Shown here piece by piece: positions 53,438 to 64,000 of a stretch of 64,000 nucleotides of DNA. Position 1 is the first letter of the stretch. Every line of letters begins with the position of its first letter. The stretch is taken from NCBI GenBank assembly GCA_951406725.2, contig OX597830.1, positions 30,566,001 to 30,630,000 of the forward strand, written 5' to 3'. This DNA is from Octopus vulgaris. Taxonomy: Eukaryota. The position numbers and the translations under genes were made by a program. The notes below the pieces were generated by a model. That model was not told where the DNA came from and did no database searches. It saw only the letters and a program-made list of their open reading frames with translations.

Positions 53438-53787
53438 AAAGAAGTTTGAAAACGCCACTATATAAGATAAATTTTAATTATCTTAGAAATTTTACATGTT
53501 TCGGTTCTTCTTGAAAAAAATGAACCTTATCAAAAATATTTTCGGCCACTGGTCATTTCCCTAATTTAGTCAATACATAAGACAGTTATTATGATTCCTC
53601 CCCACCAAAAACCACAACGTGGATTCTGTTGAGACTAGTAAGAAACAATTATGAACTTTTTTTTTAACACACTTAACATTTTAAAATATTTTTGATAAGG
53701 TTCGTTTTTTTCAAGAAGAACCGAAACATGTAAAATTTCTAAGAAAATTAAAATTTATCTTATATAGTGGCGTTTTCAAACTTCTTT
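53438..53787. repeat. inverted repeat, 105-bp arms with 140-bp spacer
   Basis: 53438-53542 versus 53683-53787, with 2 mismatches by eye. Confidence 0.92.
53683..53738 (+). ncRNA. minimal type I hammerhead-ribozyme-like motif (U3-A8 core variant); mirror copy on - at ~53487-53542
   Basis: ATTT-UUGAUAA-GGUUC..GAACC-GAAA-CAUG-UA-AAAU. Confidence 0.5.
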
Positions 53788-53795
53788 TTTTATAA

Positions 53796-53821
<26 letters not shown>

Positions 53822-53830
<9 letters not shown>

Positions 53831-55006
53831 GATATGTAGAAAAATACAAACTGAGACAAGAACGCATAAGAACTTAGAAGACGATACAACAAACACAGAC
53901 AGGACATTCGAAGCCCTCAGTCTTCAGTCAAGAACCGGATCATCGTAGTAATTTCGGCTGATTAATCTTGAGATTACTAGAACCGGCCAGCCCTCCATGA
54001 AAAACTAAGCAACGAGCATTAGAAAAACTAAGCTAGGAGCGTAGATTTCCTGGAAGAAGGATCGAATGCATACGAACACAAAGACAGCAAAACGGACGGT
54101 GCCACACGAATATAAAAAACAAAAAACAATAATGAAATACAAAAACGTGGAATACAAAAGCAATAATGGTAAAAACAGCAAGTGTCTTACGACTAATAAC
54201 AGTGCAAACAGGTATGGCTGGCGTATTTTGGAAAAATTGCCTTAGCGGCGAATTGTTTTAGCGGCGAACGAGGACAACGATGTTATCACGGCGCTGGTCA
54301 GAGGCCGAAAGGCGGATTTTGGCCAGCAGTCACGTGACAGAGAAGAGAGAAAAGAAGGAAGAAAGAGAGAAGAGGGACGAAAGCAACAAGGGGGAGAATA
54401 GAGAGAAAGAAGGAATTAGAGAAGGTAGAAGGGATGGGTGTCAAAGATTGACCTGTGAGTGCAAAGGAAGACAAAGAAATGGAAGGGTAGGGGAAGAGTA
54501 GACCAAAGAATCAGAGGCAAGAGAAGAGAAAAAGAGGGATGAGTAGAGAGAAAAGAGAGAGACGGGGACAGATCAACGTAGAATGCGAAGTAAATGTAAG
54601 AGAGAGAGAGAGAGACAAACAAACAAAGTGTAGAGTCGTACCAAATTTACAAGAATATGTGCTCACATAAGTGTTAAGGAGGGTACGTGACGCCAGGAAT
54701 ATATATTATGATATGTAGAAAAGTACAAACTGAGACAAGAACGCATAAAAACTTAGAAGACGATACAACAAAAACAGACAGGACATTCGAAGCCCTCAGT
54801 CTTCAGTCAAGAACCGGATCATCGTAGTAATTTCGGCTGATTAATCTTGAGATTACTAGAACCGGCCAGCCCTCCATGAAAAACTAAGCAACGAGCATTA
54901 GAAAAACTAAGCTAGGAGCGTAGATTTCCTGGAAGAAGGATCGAATGCATACGAACACAAAGACAGCAAAACGGACGGTGCCACACGAATATAAAAAACA
55001 AAAAAC
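53822..55006 (+). repeat. 306-bp near-identical direct duplication (53822-54127 / 54701-55006) of a Penelope-like terminus
   Basis: Offset 879 bp, with 3 mismatches by eye. Confidence 0.9.
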
Positions 55007-55009
55007 GAT

Positions 55010-55330
55010 GCTTGCTTTCACATGGTTCTGGGGTCAGACCTGCTGCGTGGCACCTTGGGCAAGTGTCTTCTACTATAGCCTCGGGCCGATCAAAGCCTTG
55101 TGAGTGGTTGGTAGACGAAAACTGAAAGAAGACCGTTGTCTACATATGCGTGTACGTGTGTGTGTGAGTGTGTTTGTGTGTGTGTTTGTGCCTGTGGTTC
55201 TCTCCCACCACCACCACCATCACTTGACAACAGATATTATCGTGTTTACGTCCCCGTAACTTAGCGTTTCGGCTGAAGAGAGCGATATAATAAGCACCAG
55301 GCTCAAAAAACATCCAAGCTACGAGATTTG
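55010..55330 (+). mobile_element. SINE family A, partial
   Basis: GGCACCTTGGGCAAGTGTCTTCTACTATAGCCTCGGGCCG. Confidence 0.85.
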
Positions 55331-55632
55331 ATCGGAATACAGACTGTCGGAAGTAACGCAAGGCTTCTTGCTCGATACTCTTTTCTAATGATTCTACTTG
55401 AAGTCAGCTAATCTTCGCTACAGCTTTATTTGTTACACTACATCGTGACAGACCTCTTCCTACCCGGAGTAAGTCGTTTATATATACACCACAGATAAAA
55501 TAAGTATCAGAGCTTCAACTGGAACTTATTCTATCGACCCCGAAAGGGTGAAAGGCAAAATTGACCTCAGCAGAATTTGAACTCAGAACGTAAAGATGGA
55601 GGAAATGCTATTCAGTATTTTACTCCCTGCAA

Positions 55633-56432
55633 GGCGGCGAGCTGGCAGAAACGTTAGCACGCTGGGAGAAATGCTTAGTGGTATTTCGTCTGCCGCTACG
55701 TTCTGAGTTCAAATTCCGCCGAGGTCGACTTTGCCTTTCATCCTTTCGGGGTCGATGAAATAAGTACCAGTTACGCACTGGGGTCGATGTAATCGACTTA
55801 ATACCTATGTCTGTCCTTGTTTGTCCCCTCCGTGTTTAGCCCCTTGTGGGTAATAAAGAAATAGGTATTTCGTCTGCCGCTACGTTCTGAGTTCAAACTT
55901 CGCCGAGGTCGACGTCGCCTTTCATCCTTTCGGGGTCGATTTAAATAAGTACCAGCTACACACTGGAGTCAATGTAATCGACTTAATCCGTTTGTAAGTC
56001 ATTTTTTGTCCGCTCTGTGTGTAGCGCCTTGTGGGCAGTAAAGAAAAAAGAAACGTTAGCACACCGGGCGAAATATTTAGCGGTATTTCGTCTGCCGCTA
56101 CGTTGTGAGTTCAAATTCCACCGAGGTCGATTTTGCCTTTCTTCCTTTCGGTGTCGATAAATTAAGTACCAGTTACGCACTGGGGTCGATGTAATCGACT
56201 TAATACCTATGTCTGTCCTTGTTTGTCCCCTCTGTGTTTAGCCCCTTGTGGGTAATAAAGAAATAGGTATTTCGTCTGCCGCTACGTTGTGAGTTCAAAT
56301 TCCACCGAGGTCGACTTTGCCTTTCTTCCTTTCGGTGTCGATAAATTAAGTACCAGTTGAGTACTGGGGTCGATGTAATCGACTGGTCCCCTTCCCAAAA
56401 ATTTCGGGCCTTGTGCCTAGAGTAGAAAAAAA
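55633..56432 (+). mobile_element. SINE family B tandem array (4 units) inserted in an older SINE B(-) (55500-55630 / 56435-56475)
   Basis: Junctions at ~55864, ~56048 and ~56266. The last unit carries the short tail. Confidence 0.92.
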
Positions 56433-57084
56433 ATTTACCCAGGGTGCTAACAATTCTGCCAGCTCACCGCCTTCCACAATACTGTAAATTTATGGTGCGT
56501 CTATATGGGCGCTCAATTTGATCTGCTAGAAATAGCAGCCTAATCTTTCACACGCACACCAAACTCTTTACAGTCTCGAACAAAGAATGACACGTCATGC
56601 AATGTGCTAGATAATCCTGTAAAAGACGGATGGGCGTGGATGGAATGCTTTTAAACAAAGACCAACAGGACAAATACGGATCTAAATTACAATAGTAACG
56701 ACAAAAACAAGATATAATTCCTACTGCAAAGTGTCTCCATTATCAAGGTTTTTCAACATGTAGCTGTTAATACATCTCAGGTATTTATTGCTGGTCTTTG
56801 TTTTTATATAGGTGAGGGTTTATTTGATTTTCTTCATTCTAGAAGCAGATATAGATAATTATTGACCTCCTTTCACTGTTTTTCTTTTATTATTTTATCG
56901 AGTACTATTAATTCGCAGGAGTGGTTTTCGTACATCTGATAATCGCAGTCATTAATATACCTAGTTACCGTGTTTACCTGTTGCTACTTTAGCTTGTTCG
57001 TTTGTTTGTTTTCCTTACCTGTTATTTTAGTTTTGATTTTTTTTTTTAATATATTTTCTTGCTCGCAATAATAATGATAATAAT

Positions 57085-58130
57085 GGTTTAAAATTTTTCC
57101 ACAAAAGCAGCCATTTGGTGGGAGGGGATGAGTCGATTGCATCGACCTCAGTGTTCAACTGGTACTTAATTTATCGACCCCGAAAGAATGACAGGCAAAG
57201 TCGACCTCGACGGAATTTGAACTCGGAACGTAACGGCAGACGAAATACCTATTTCTTTACTACCCACAAGGGGCTAAACACAGAGAGGGCAAACAAGGAC
57301 AGACTAACGGATTGAGTCGATTATATTGACCCCAGTGCGTAGCTGGTACTTAATTTATCGACCCCGAAAGTTTGAAAGGCAAAGTCGACATCGTCGGAAT
57401 TTAAAATCAGAACGTAACGGCAGACGAAATACCGCTAAGCATTTCGCCCGGCGTGCTAACGTTTCTTATTTCTTTACTGCCCACAAGGGGCTAAATAAAG
57501 AGGGGACAAACAAGGACAGACATAGGGATTAAGTCGATTACATCGACCCTAATGAGTAACTGGTATTTAATTTATTGACCCCGAAAGGATGAAAGGCAAA
57601 GTCGACCACGGCGGAATTTGAACTCAGAACATAAAGACTGATGAAATGCCGCGAAGCGTTTTGCGGGGGTGGGGGATTCTGCCAGCTCGCTGCTTTAATG
57701 ATAATAATCCTTTCTATGATAGGCACAAGACTTGAAATTTTGTGGGAGAGGAGTAGGCGATTATATCGACCCTAGTGCGTAACTTGTACTTATTTCGTCG
57801 ACCCAGAATGGATGAAAGGAAGTGTTGACCTTGGCGGAATTTGAACTCAGAATGTATAGACGGACGATATGCTACTAAGCAATAATTATAATGATTCTGT
57901 TTTGGAGCAATGTATCTCGATGCAAATAAAGCTATAGATACTCCTTTCTTCAATAGGCACATGACCTGATATTTTGGAGGAGGGGGTCTAGTAGATTATA
58001 TTTGATCCTAGTGCTCAAATGGTACTTATTTTATCGATTCTGAAGGATGAAACGCAAAGATTGACCTCGGTGGAATTTGAACTCAGAGAATAAAGACGGA
58101 CGGAATGCTACTGAACATTTTGTTGTTGTA
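57085..58130 (-). mobile_element. SINE family B: 3-unit array (57085-57695) plus two older monomers
   Basis: Reverse-complement junctions GACGAAATAC|CTATTTCTTT (~57248) and AACGTTTCT|TATTTCTTT (~57466). Confidence 0.88.
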
Positions 58131-59709
58131 CTGTGAACCTTACGGAAGAAGAATCGATTCCCTTTCCAGCCATAAGTAAGGGCTCGAAGATTTACAGGGG
58201 AGATACCAAAAAGAAAAAAAGTGTTAAACTTTTAAAGTTGTTCTGAAAGACATGAGTAAATTACACAAAAACGAAGCAAGAGAGAGAAGGCGTTAGGCAA
58301 TATATAAATTGACAAATAAAAATTTTATTATGCTCATATATTTACTCGGAATAGATAAAAATCAAGATGAAAAACCCAAAACTAAAATAAGAAATAATTC
58401 AAAGGAAATAAAACATGAAAATTGTTTGGTTTCTCAGTGGTGAAAACTATTAAACAGGTTGATTTAGAGCTCTGCCAGTCCTTACCCGCCCTTCATTGCT
58501 CGATGTATTCCTCACTTGTACAGTAAGGGTCACTAGTTAGCATGTTCAAGAATTTGGAGAAGCTACTCTATAAATGATAAAATCTACTCTATATATAATA
58601 AAATCGTACCCTGGTAATCGTACCCTGGTAATCGCACCCTGGTAATATAACACATCAAACACATCCACGTCTTCAGGATAAAGCCTTTTCAGTTCGTTTT
58701 GGAACTTATGGTTTCCAATGAGGATTGTGGGATTCTCAGTTTTGTTTTCTTTGAAGTTCCTCTCTTCATCTGTTCTACATATTTTCTTAGGCTTGACTTC
58801 TTTCTTCTTTCTATTATCACCGACAATTAACCTTCTCATTTCATATCCTATATCCTCATTGTCACAAGTGAATAGGGTAGTTCTACTGCCCACTCCACTG
58901 GTTACCGATGCTTTGACCCTGAAGTTATGGAGATTTCCTTATCCGTTTTCGATGCTAGAAATGGTAGTAGAGTTGAGGTAGTATCCTCCAGAACATTCAA
59001 ATATCCATCGCTATCTCCCTTTCTCTGTCGTTCCTTGGTACACAGCTTCTCGAATAGCTCTTCCTACCTGCACACCATCAGTCTCTGTTTTGTCTAATTA
59101 TTAGGTTATACGTACTTACGAGTCTATGCTGAGCCTCCGACCACACTTTGTTCCCCAACACCTGTGCTTACCATCCACTATTTTTACGTTACAAAACTGA
59201 CGGTCAATCAAGTGTCACTGTCAATGACAATACTGTCAATTTTCTGTTTTGCTGTCTCGTGTACTAAAACACGAGCAATGGAAGATATTTTTTCGCACTG
59301 TTTCTGATGTTGCTTAATCCTCGGTTTTAAAGTCAAGCAGACGGTACCGTAAACCTTGCCCTGCTCAGTGTATAATATGCCGGTCCATACTTTGGTTCCT
59401 GTCTCCTTTAGTTGCTGTCTTTGGAGCTGTGAAAAAAACTTTCACTCACTTCATAAAGTACAGGTACATTAATTTTATTCTTACTCCTCTTTAAAGGGTT
59501 CTTCAAGCAAAGAAACACTATCATTTGTGACACTGTTCTCTCACAAATGCTCAATCTAAACCTGACCATATTGATAAAATATCTCGATTCATCCCATCCG
59601 TCCACTACTTCTGAGACGGTTGTGGGATCACAACCTTCAAGTACCTTGTGCATAGAGTCTTATGAAAAGTAACCATCATTACCAGTTGCATTGCTAAATG
59701 TGACCATCG

Positions 59710-60040
59710 GAAATAATGGATATTATCCAACTATTTCGTTCTTGGTCTACTCCTAGGTTGATGCGACTTGGAAAATCTGCCTTGTGATTTTTTTTTCCTC
59801 GGAGATTCTAATCACATGTCTGTAGTACCGGAGTTGTGACCTTTCAATGCGGAGAAATAGCAACCCGACCTCGAGAGATTCCCTTGATCTCCGAGCTATC
59901 ACCTTGTCGAGTAACGCAATTCCAGAGATCCTTCGGAGAAACCCCATTTCAACCACTTTTATTCGCGTTAATGTACTTGTTTCAGAAAAGTATGCAAAAC
60001 ATGACAGCAATTAGATCACAATCATCTTAGACATACCTGG
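59710..60040 (-). mobile_element. RTE-type LINE C-terminal fragment
   Basis: SETSTLTRIKVVEMGFLRRISGIALLDKV...RIERSQLRYYRHVIRI...RPRTK. Confidence 0.85.
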
Positions 60041-60793
60041 CCAAACTGGAAAGATGATCAAAGCAAATGGCCGCCCAGGACTGGTACGAAAAGGTTTGAA
60101 CTCCGAATCGACATCTCGATTACTTGAGCATTACCCCGAATGAGGTGGTGGAGAAACTATGCAGTTGCAAGTATCTTGAGAATTAGTTATTTGTGGAGTG
60201 GGGCATGAATGTTAAAGCGTTTCCAAGTAACGGTATGAATATAATCATAAAACCCATACCGGGTTTTACAACGTCCAAACAATATCTCTGCTAGACACTC
60301 CTTATATCCTACGCAAGACTTTTTTAGTTCAGTAGTGCGATTCTTACACTACACTTTCTGTCGACAGCATATGCCATTCCCAGCGAATTTTCCATAAAAC
60401 AGCTCACATCACATATACTCTATAAAATCAACCATTGTTAATCTAACATATCACACAAAACATCATTTGCTCGACACTATAATACCTCACACAGCTCTTC
60501 TGTACACAGTTGATAAATAATAATAAAAATCCTCATATATAGCTGACAGTGTCTCCTTCTTTCTGTCCTCCACTGACATGCGCGTCAAGGACAATTAGCA
60601 GCGAAGATAGTTTCCCAATCGCTGTATTTTGTTAAAACATTGACAGGTCGTTTAGTTAATTGAATACTCTGTAGAAATTTGCATTATAAGTTCAGCTTAC
60701 CACGTGTAACGTACATACATATATACATACATCATACATACATACATACATACATACATACATACATACATGCGTACGTACATGCGTGCGTAA

Positions 60794-60827
<34 letters not shown>

Positions 60828-61180
60828 TCTCATGTGTATATGTGAATGCATTCGTTTGACTGCACGTATGATTTCATTATTTATTAAATGTATATATGTA
60901 TATTGTTCAAATAATACATTTAAATGCATCTCATCGCGAATAATAAATTATAAAACTTAACATTTATTACTCGTCGATTTTCGCTGAGTGTCTACTGATA
61001 ATATATATATCAAACACAGACCACCTTCTATACAATCACCGTTGGACATAGAAGCACACAAAACCAATCACGCAGCGCATGGAAAACAGAAAGTTCACCC
61101 AAAGAAATAACACAGCAAACATTGTATACATCTAGAACAAGAGATAAGACGTTCAAATAACAACAGACATAACACAAAGT

Positions 61181-61572
61181 CTCTTCTTTTCTTAGCACTC
61201 CGTCGGTTTCGACGATGAGGGTTCCGGTTGATCGGAATCAACGGAACAGCCTGCTCGTGAAATTAACGTGTAAGTGGCTGAGCACTCCACAGACACGTGC
61301 ACCCTTAACATAGTTCTCGGGGATATTCAGCGTGACACAGAGAGTGACAAGGCCGGCCCCTTGAAATACAGGTACAACAGAAACAGGAAGTAAGAGTGAG
61401 AGAAAGTTGTGGTGAAAGAGTACAGCAGGGATCACCACCATCCCCTGCCGGAGCCTCGTGGAGCTTTTAGGTGTTTTCGCTCAATAAGCACTCACAACGC
61501 CAGGTCTGGTTTCGAAACCGCGATCTTATGACCGCGAATCCGCTGCCCTAACCACTGGGCCATTGCGCCTCC
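61181..61572 (-). mobile_element. SINE family C, full length
   Basis: Reverse complement of 40176-40554. Candidate TSD CACAAAGT. Confidence 0.92.
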
Positions 61573-61698
61573 ACAAAGTAACTCACAATGGAACAGAATT
61601 AATGTAGGAGGCATACACAAGTTTTTACACGAAATACAATGCAGCATAGATTTCAGGAACACAATGTTGTACTCATGGTGCAGCAGAAACTTGTATAA

Positions 61699-62287
61699 GG
61701 CGGCGAGCTGGCAGAAACGTTAGCACGCCGTGTGAAATGCTTAGCGATATTTCGTCTGCATTACGTTCTGGGATCAAATTCCGCCGAGGTCGACTTTGCC
61801 TTTCATTCTTTCAGAGTCGATAAATTTAGTACCAGCTACGCACTGGGGTTGATATAATCGACTTAATCCCTTTGTCTGTCCTTGTTTGTCTCCTCTATGT
61901 TTAGCCCCTTGTGGGTAGTAAAGAAATAGGTATTTCGTCTGCCGTTACATTCTGAGTTCAAATTCCGTCGAGGTCGACTTTGCCTTTCATCCTTTCGGGG
62001 TCGATAAATTAACACCAGTTACGCACTGAGGTCGATGTAATCGACTTAATCCGTTTGTCTGTCCTTGTTTGTCCCCTCTGTGTTTAGCCCCTTGTGGGTA
62101 GTAAAGAAATAGGTATTTCGTCTGCGGTTACGTTCTGAGTTCAAATTCCACCGAGGTCGACTTTGCCTTTCATCCTTTCGGGGTTGATAAATTAAACACC
62201 AGTTATGCACTGAGGTCGATGTAATCGACTTAATCCGTTTGTCCCTTGTATGTTTAGCCCCTTGTGGGCAATAAAGAAATAAGAAAC
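61699..62287 (+). mobile_element. SINE family B tandem array (3 units)
   Basis: AAAGAAATAG|GTATTTCGTC at ~61929 and ~62112 (183-bp period). Confidence 0.92.
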
Positions 62288-62329
62288 TCGTATAAAACAT
62301 TAAAGCATTATCATAAATTATAATAACCG

Positions 62330-62885
62330 TGAATGCGCATGACTAAATGGTTAGGGTATTCGACTCACGATCATAAGGTCGTGACTTCAATGCCTGGTGG
62401 CGCGTTCTGTCCTTGAGCAAGACACTTTATTTCACGTAGCTCCAGTCCACTCAGCTGGCAAAAATGAGTAGTACCTGTATTTCAGAGTACCAGCCTCTTC
62501 ACATTCTGTGTCATGGTGTATCTCACTGAGAACTACATTAACGGTATCTGTGTCTGTGGCGAGCTGGCAGAAACGTCAGCACGCCGGGCGAAATGCGTAG
62601 CCGTATTTCGTCTGCGTTACGTTGTGAGTTCAAATTCCGCCGAGGTCGACTTTGCCTTTCATCCTTTCGGGGTCGATAAATTAAGTACCAGTTACGCACT
62701 GGGGTCGATCTAATCGACTTAATACCTATGTCTGTCCTTGTTTGTCCCCTCTGTGTTTAGCCCCTTGTGGGTAATAAAAAAATAGGTGTCTGTGGCGTGC
62801 TCAGCCAATTGCACGTTAATTTTATGAGCTATTCCGTTAATCAGACCAACTGGAACACTCGTCGTCGTGACCGATGCAGAGCCAG
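62330..62885 (+). mobile_element. SINE family D interrupted by a SINE B (62558-62785)
   Basis: GTGTCTGTGGCG is duplicated at 62550-62561 and 62786-62797 as the TSD. Confidence 0.88.
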
Positions 62886-63014
62886 TTTTGATCATTTCTT
62901 TTTTCTAACTTAAAGACAAATCCTATATATTTTAAGGGAGGATACAGGTGGGTATTGGTTAATTATATTCGGCCGCAACCCGTCAATATTCGAGAGGTTT
63001 GTTATTCAAACAGA

Positions 63015-63215
63015 TAATCCTTTCGACTAAAGGCACAAGGCCTGAAATTTGGGGGAGGGGACTGGTCGATTGCTACGACCCCAGTCTTTCACTGGTACTT
63101 AATTTATCGATTCCGATAGGATGTCCTCGATGGAATTCGACCTCGGCGGAATTTGAACTCAGAACGTAGCGACGGCTGAAATACTGCTAAGTATTTCGTT
63201 CAGCTTGCCGCCTTG
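63015..63215 (-). mobile_element. SINE family B (short-tail variant)
   Basis: CGACCTCGGCGGAATTTGAACTCAGAACGT. Confidence 0.85.
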
Positions 63216-63524
63216 TTATTGAAACAGACAATGATATCTCAGCAATAGGCAAACTCAGAACTTAAGTAGACTTATTAATAAATACTTCATAGTACTGACC
63301 AAAAATCTGTTGATTCTCATCAGCTGTTGTCTTAGTAGAAATAAATGTTGTTTCCAATAAAGACATAAAACCTGGAATATAGTGGACGGAGTTAGCCAAT
63401 TACATCTCCAGCTCGTCATTATTTCACAGTCCTCCGAGACAACGGAAAACAAAATGAACACTAACCAGATTTCTGTACAATTTACAAGGAATATATTACA
63501 TTTGTGTATAAGAAACGCTACCAT

Positions 63525-63722
63525 ACCGGTCTTAGTGGCATTTCGTCCGCCTTTCTGAATTCAAATACCAGCGAGGTCGACTTTGCCTTTCATCCTTTCG
63601 AGATCGATAAAATAAGTACCAGTTGAACTCTGGGGTCAATATAATTAACTTACCCACTCCCCCTCCGAACTTGCTGGCCTTGTGCCGAAATTTTAAACCA
63701 ATTTTAAACCAATTTGAAACCG
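63525..63722 (+). mobile_element. SINE family B, diverged
   Basis: GAGGTCGACTTTGCCTTTCATCCTTTCG..GATAAAATAAGTACCAG. Confidence 0.85.
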
Positions 63723-64000
63723 CTTGTGTTGTTTGTTTGTTTTATTCTTCAGCTTACTGCAAGGATTTGAACTCAATATTCAATGCTTCTACTACACGTA
63801 GCAGTGAGCTATATCTTTCCTTACGACTTCGTTACTGCTTGGTAGATTTAACAATACAGCTAACTGTGGCACACCACAATACTAACAATACAATACTATT
63901 GATTCATCAAGAAACTTCGAACTCACAGTCAAAGCGATGTTCGTTGTTCAATCAACTCAGCTACTGCGACTATCTTCTTCTAATGACTACTGTAACTCAT

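Noticed and set aside
58581-58605. TCTACTCTATATATAATAAA as a Helitron 5' end
   Set aside because: No hairpin plus CTRR 3' end was identified. A local tandem stutter explains it better.

Overview
Eukaryotic, AT-rich, repeat-saturated intergenic or intronic DNA. It is most likely from an octopod cephalopod (Octopus sp.), inferred from the tRNA-derived SINE families and the microsatellite load. I recognise no host protein-coding gene, and almost all listed ORFs are translations of (TA)n/(CA)n/(TATG)n/trinucleotide tracts. The window holds dozens of SINE copies from about four families (labelled A-D here; family B forms head-truncated tandem arrays). It also holds fragments of RTE-type LINEs and restriction-like-endonuclease (R4/Dong-type) LINEs, non-autonomous hAT and Tc1/mariner elements, and Penelope-like termini embedded in (TA)n. 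The best leads are: a 105-bp fold-back carrying a minimal hammerhead-ribozyme-like fold with a U3-A8 compensated core (53438-53787); a (TAA)n-embedded non-coding element near a Dong-like LINE; SINE-B multimers with fixed junctions; a cluster of short local direct and inverted duplications; and a TATA-exon-splice-donor cassette at 50.7-50.9 kb. All coordinates were read by eye and TE boundaries are approximate. I found no strong evidence of a new gene system.
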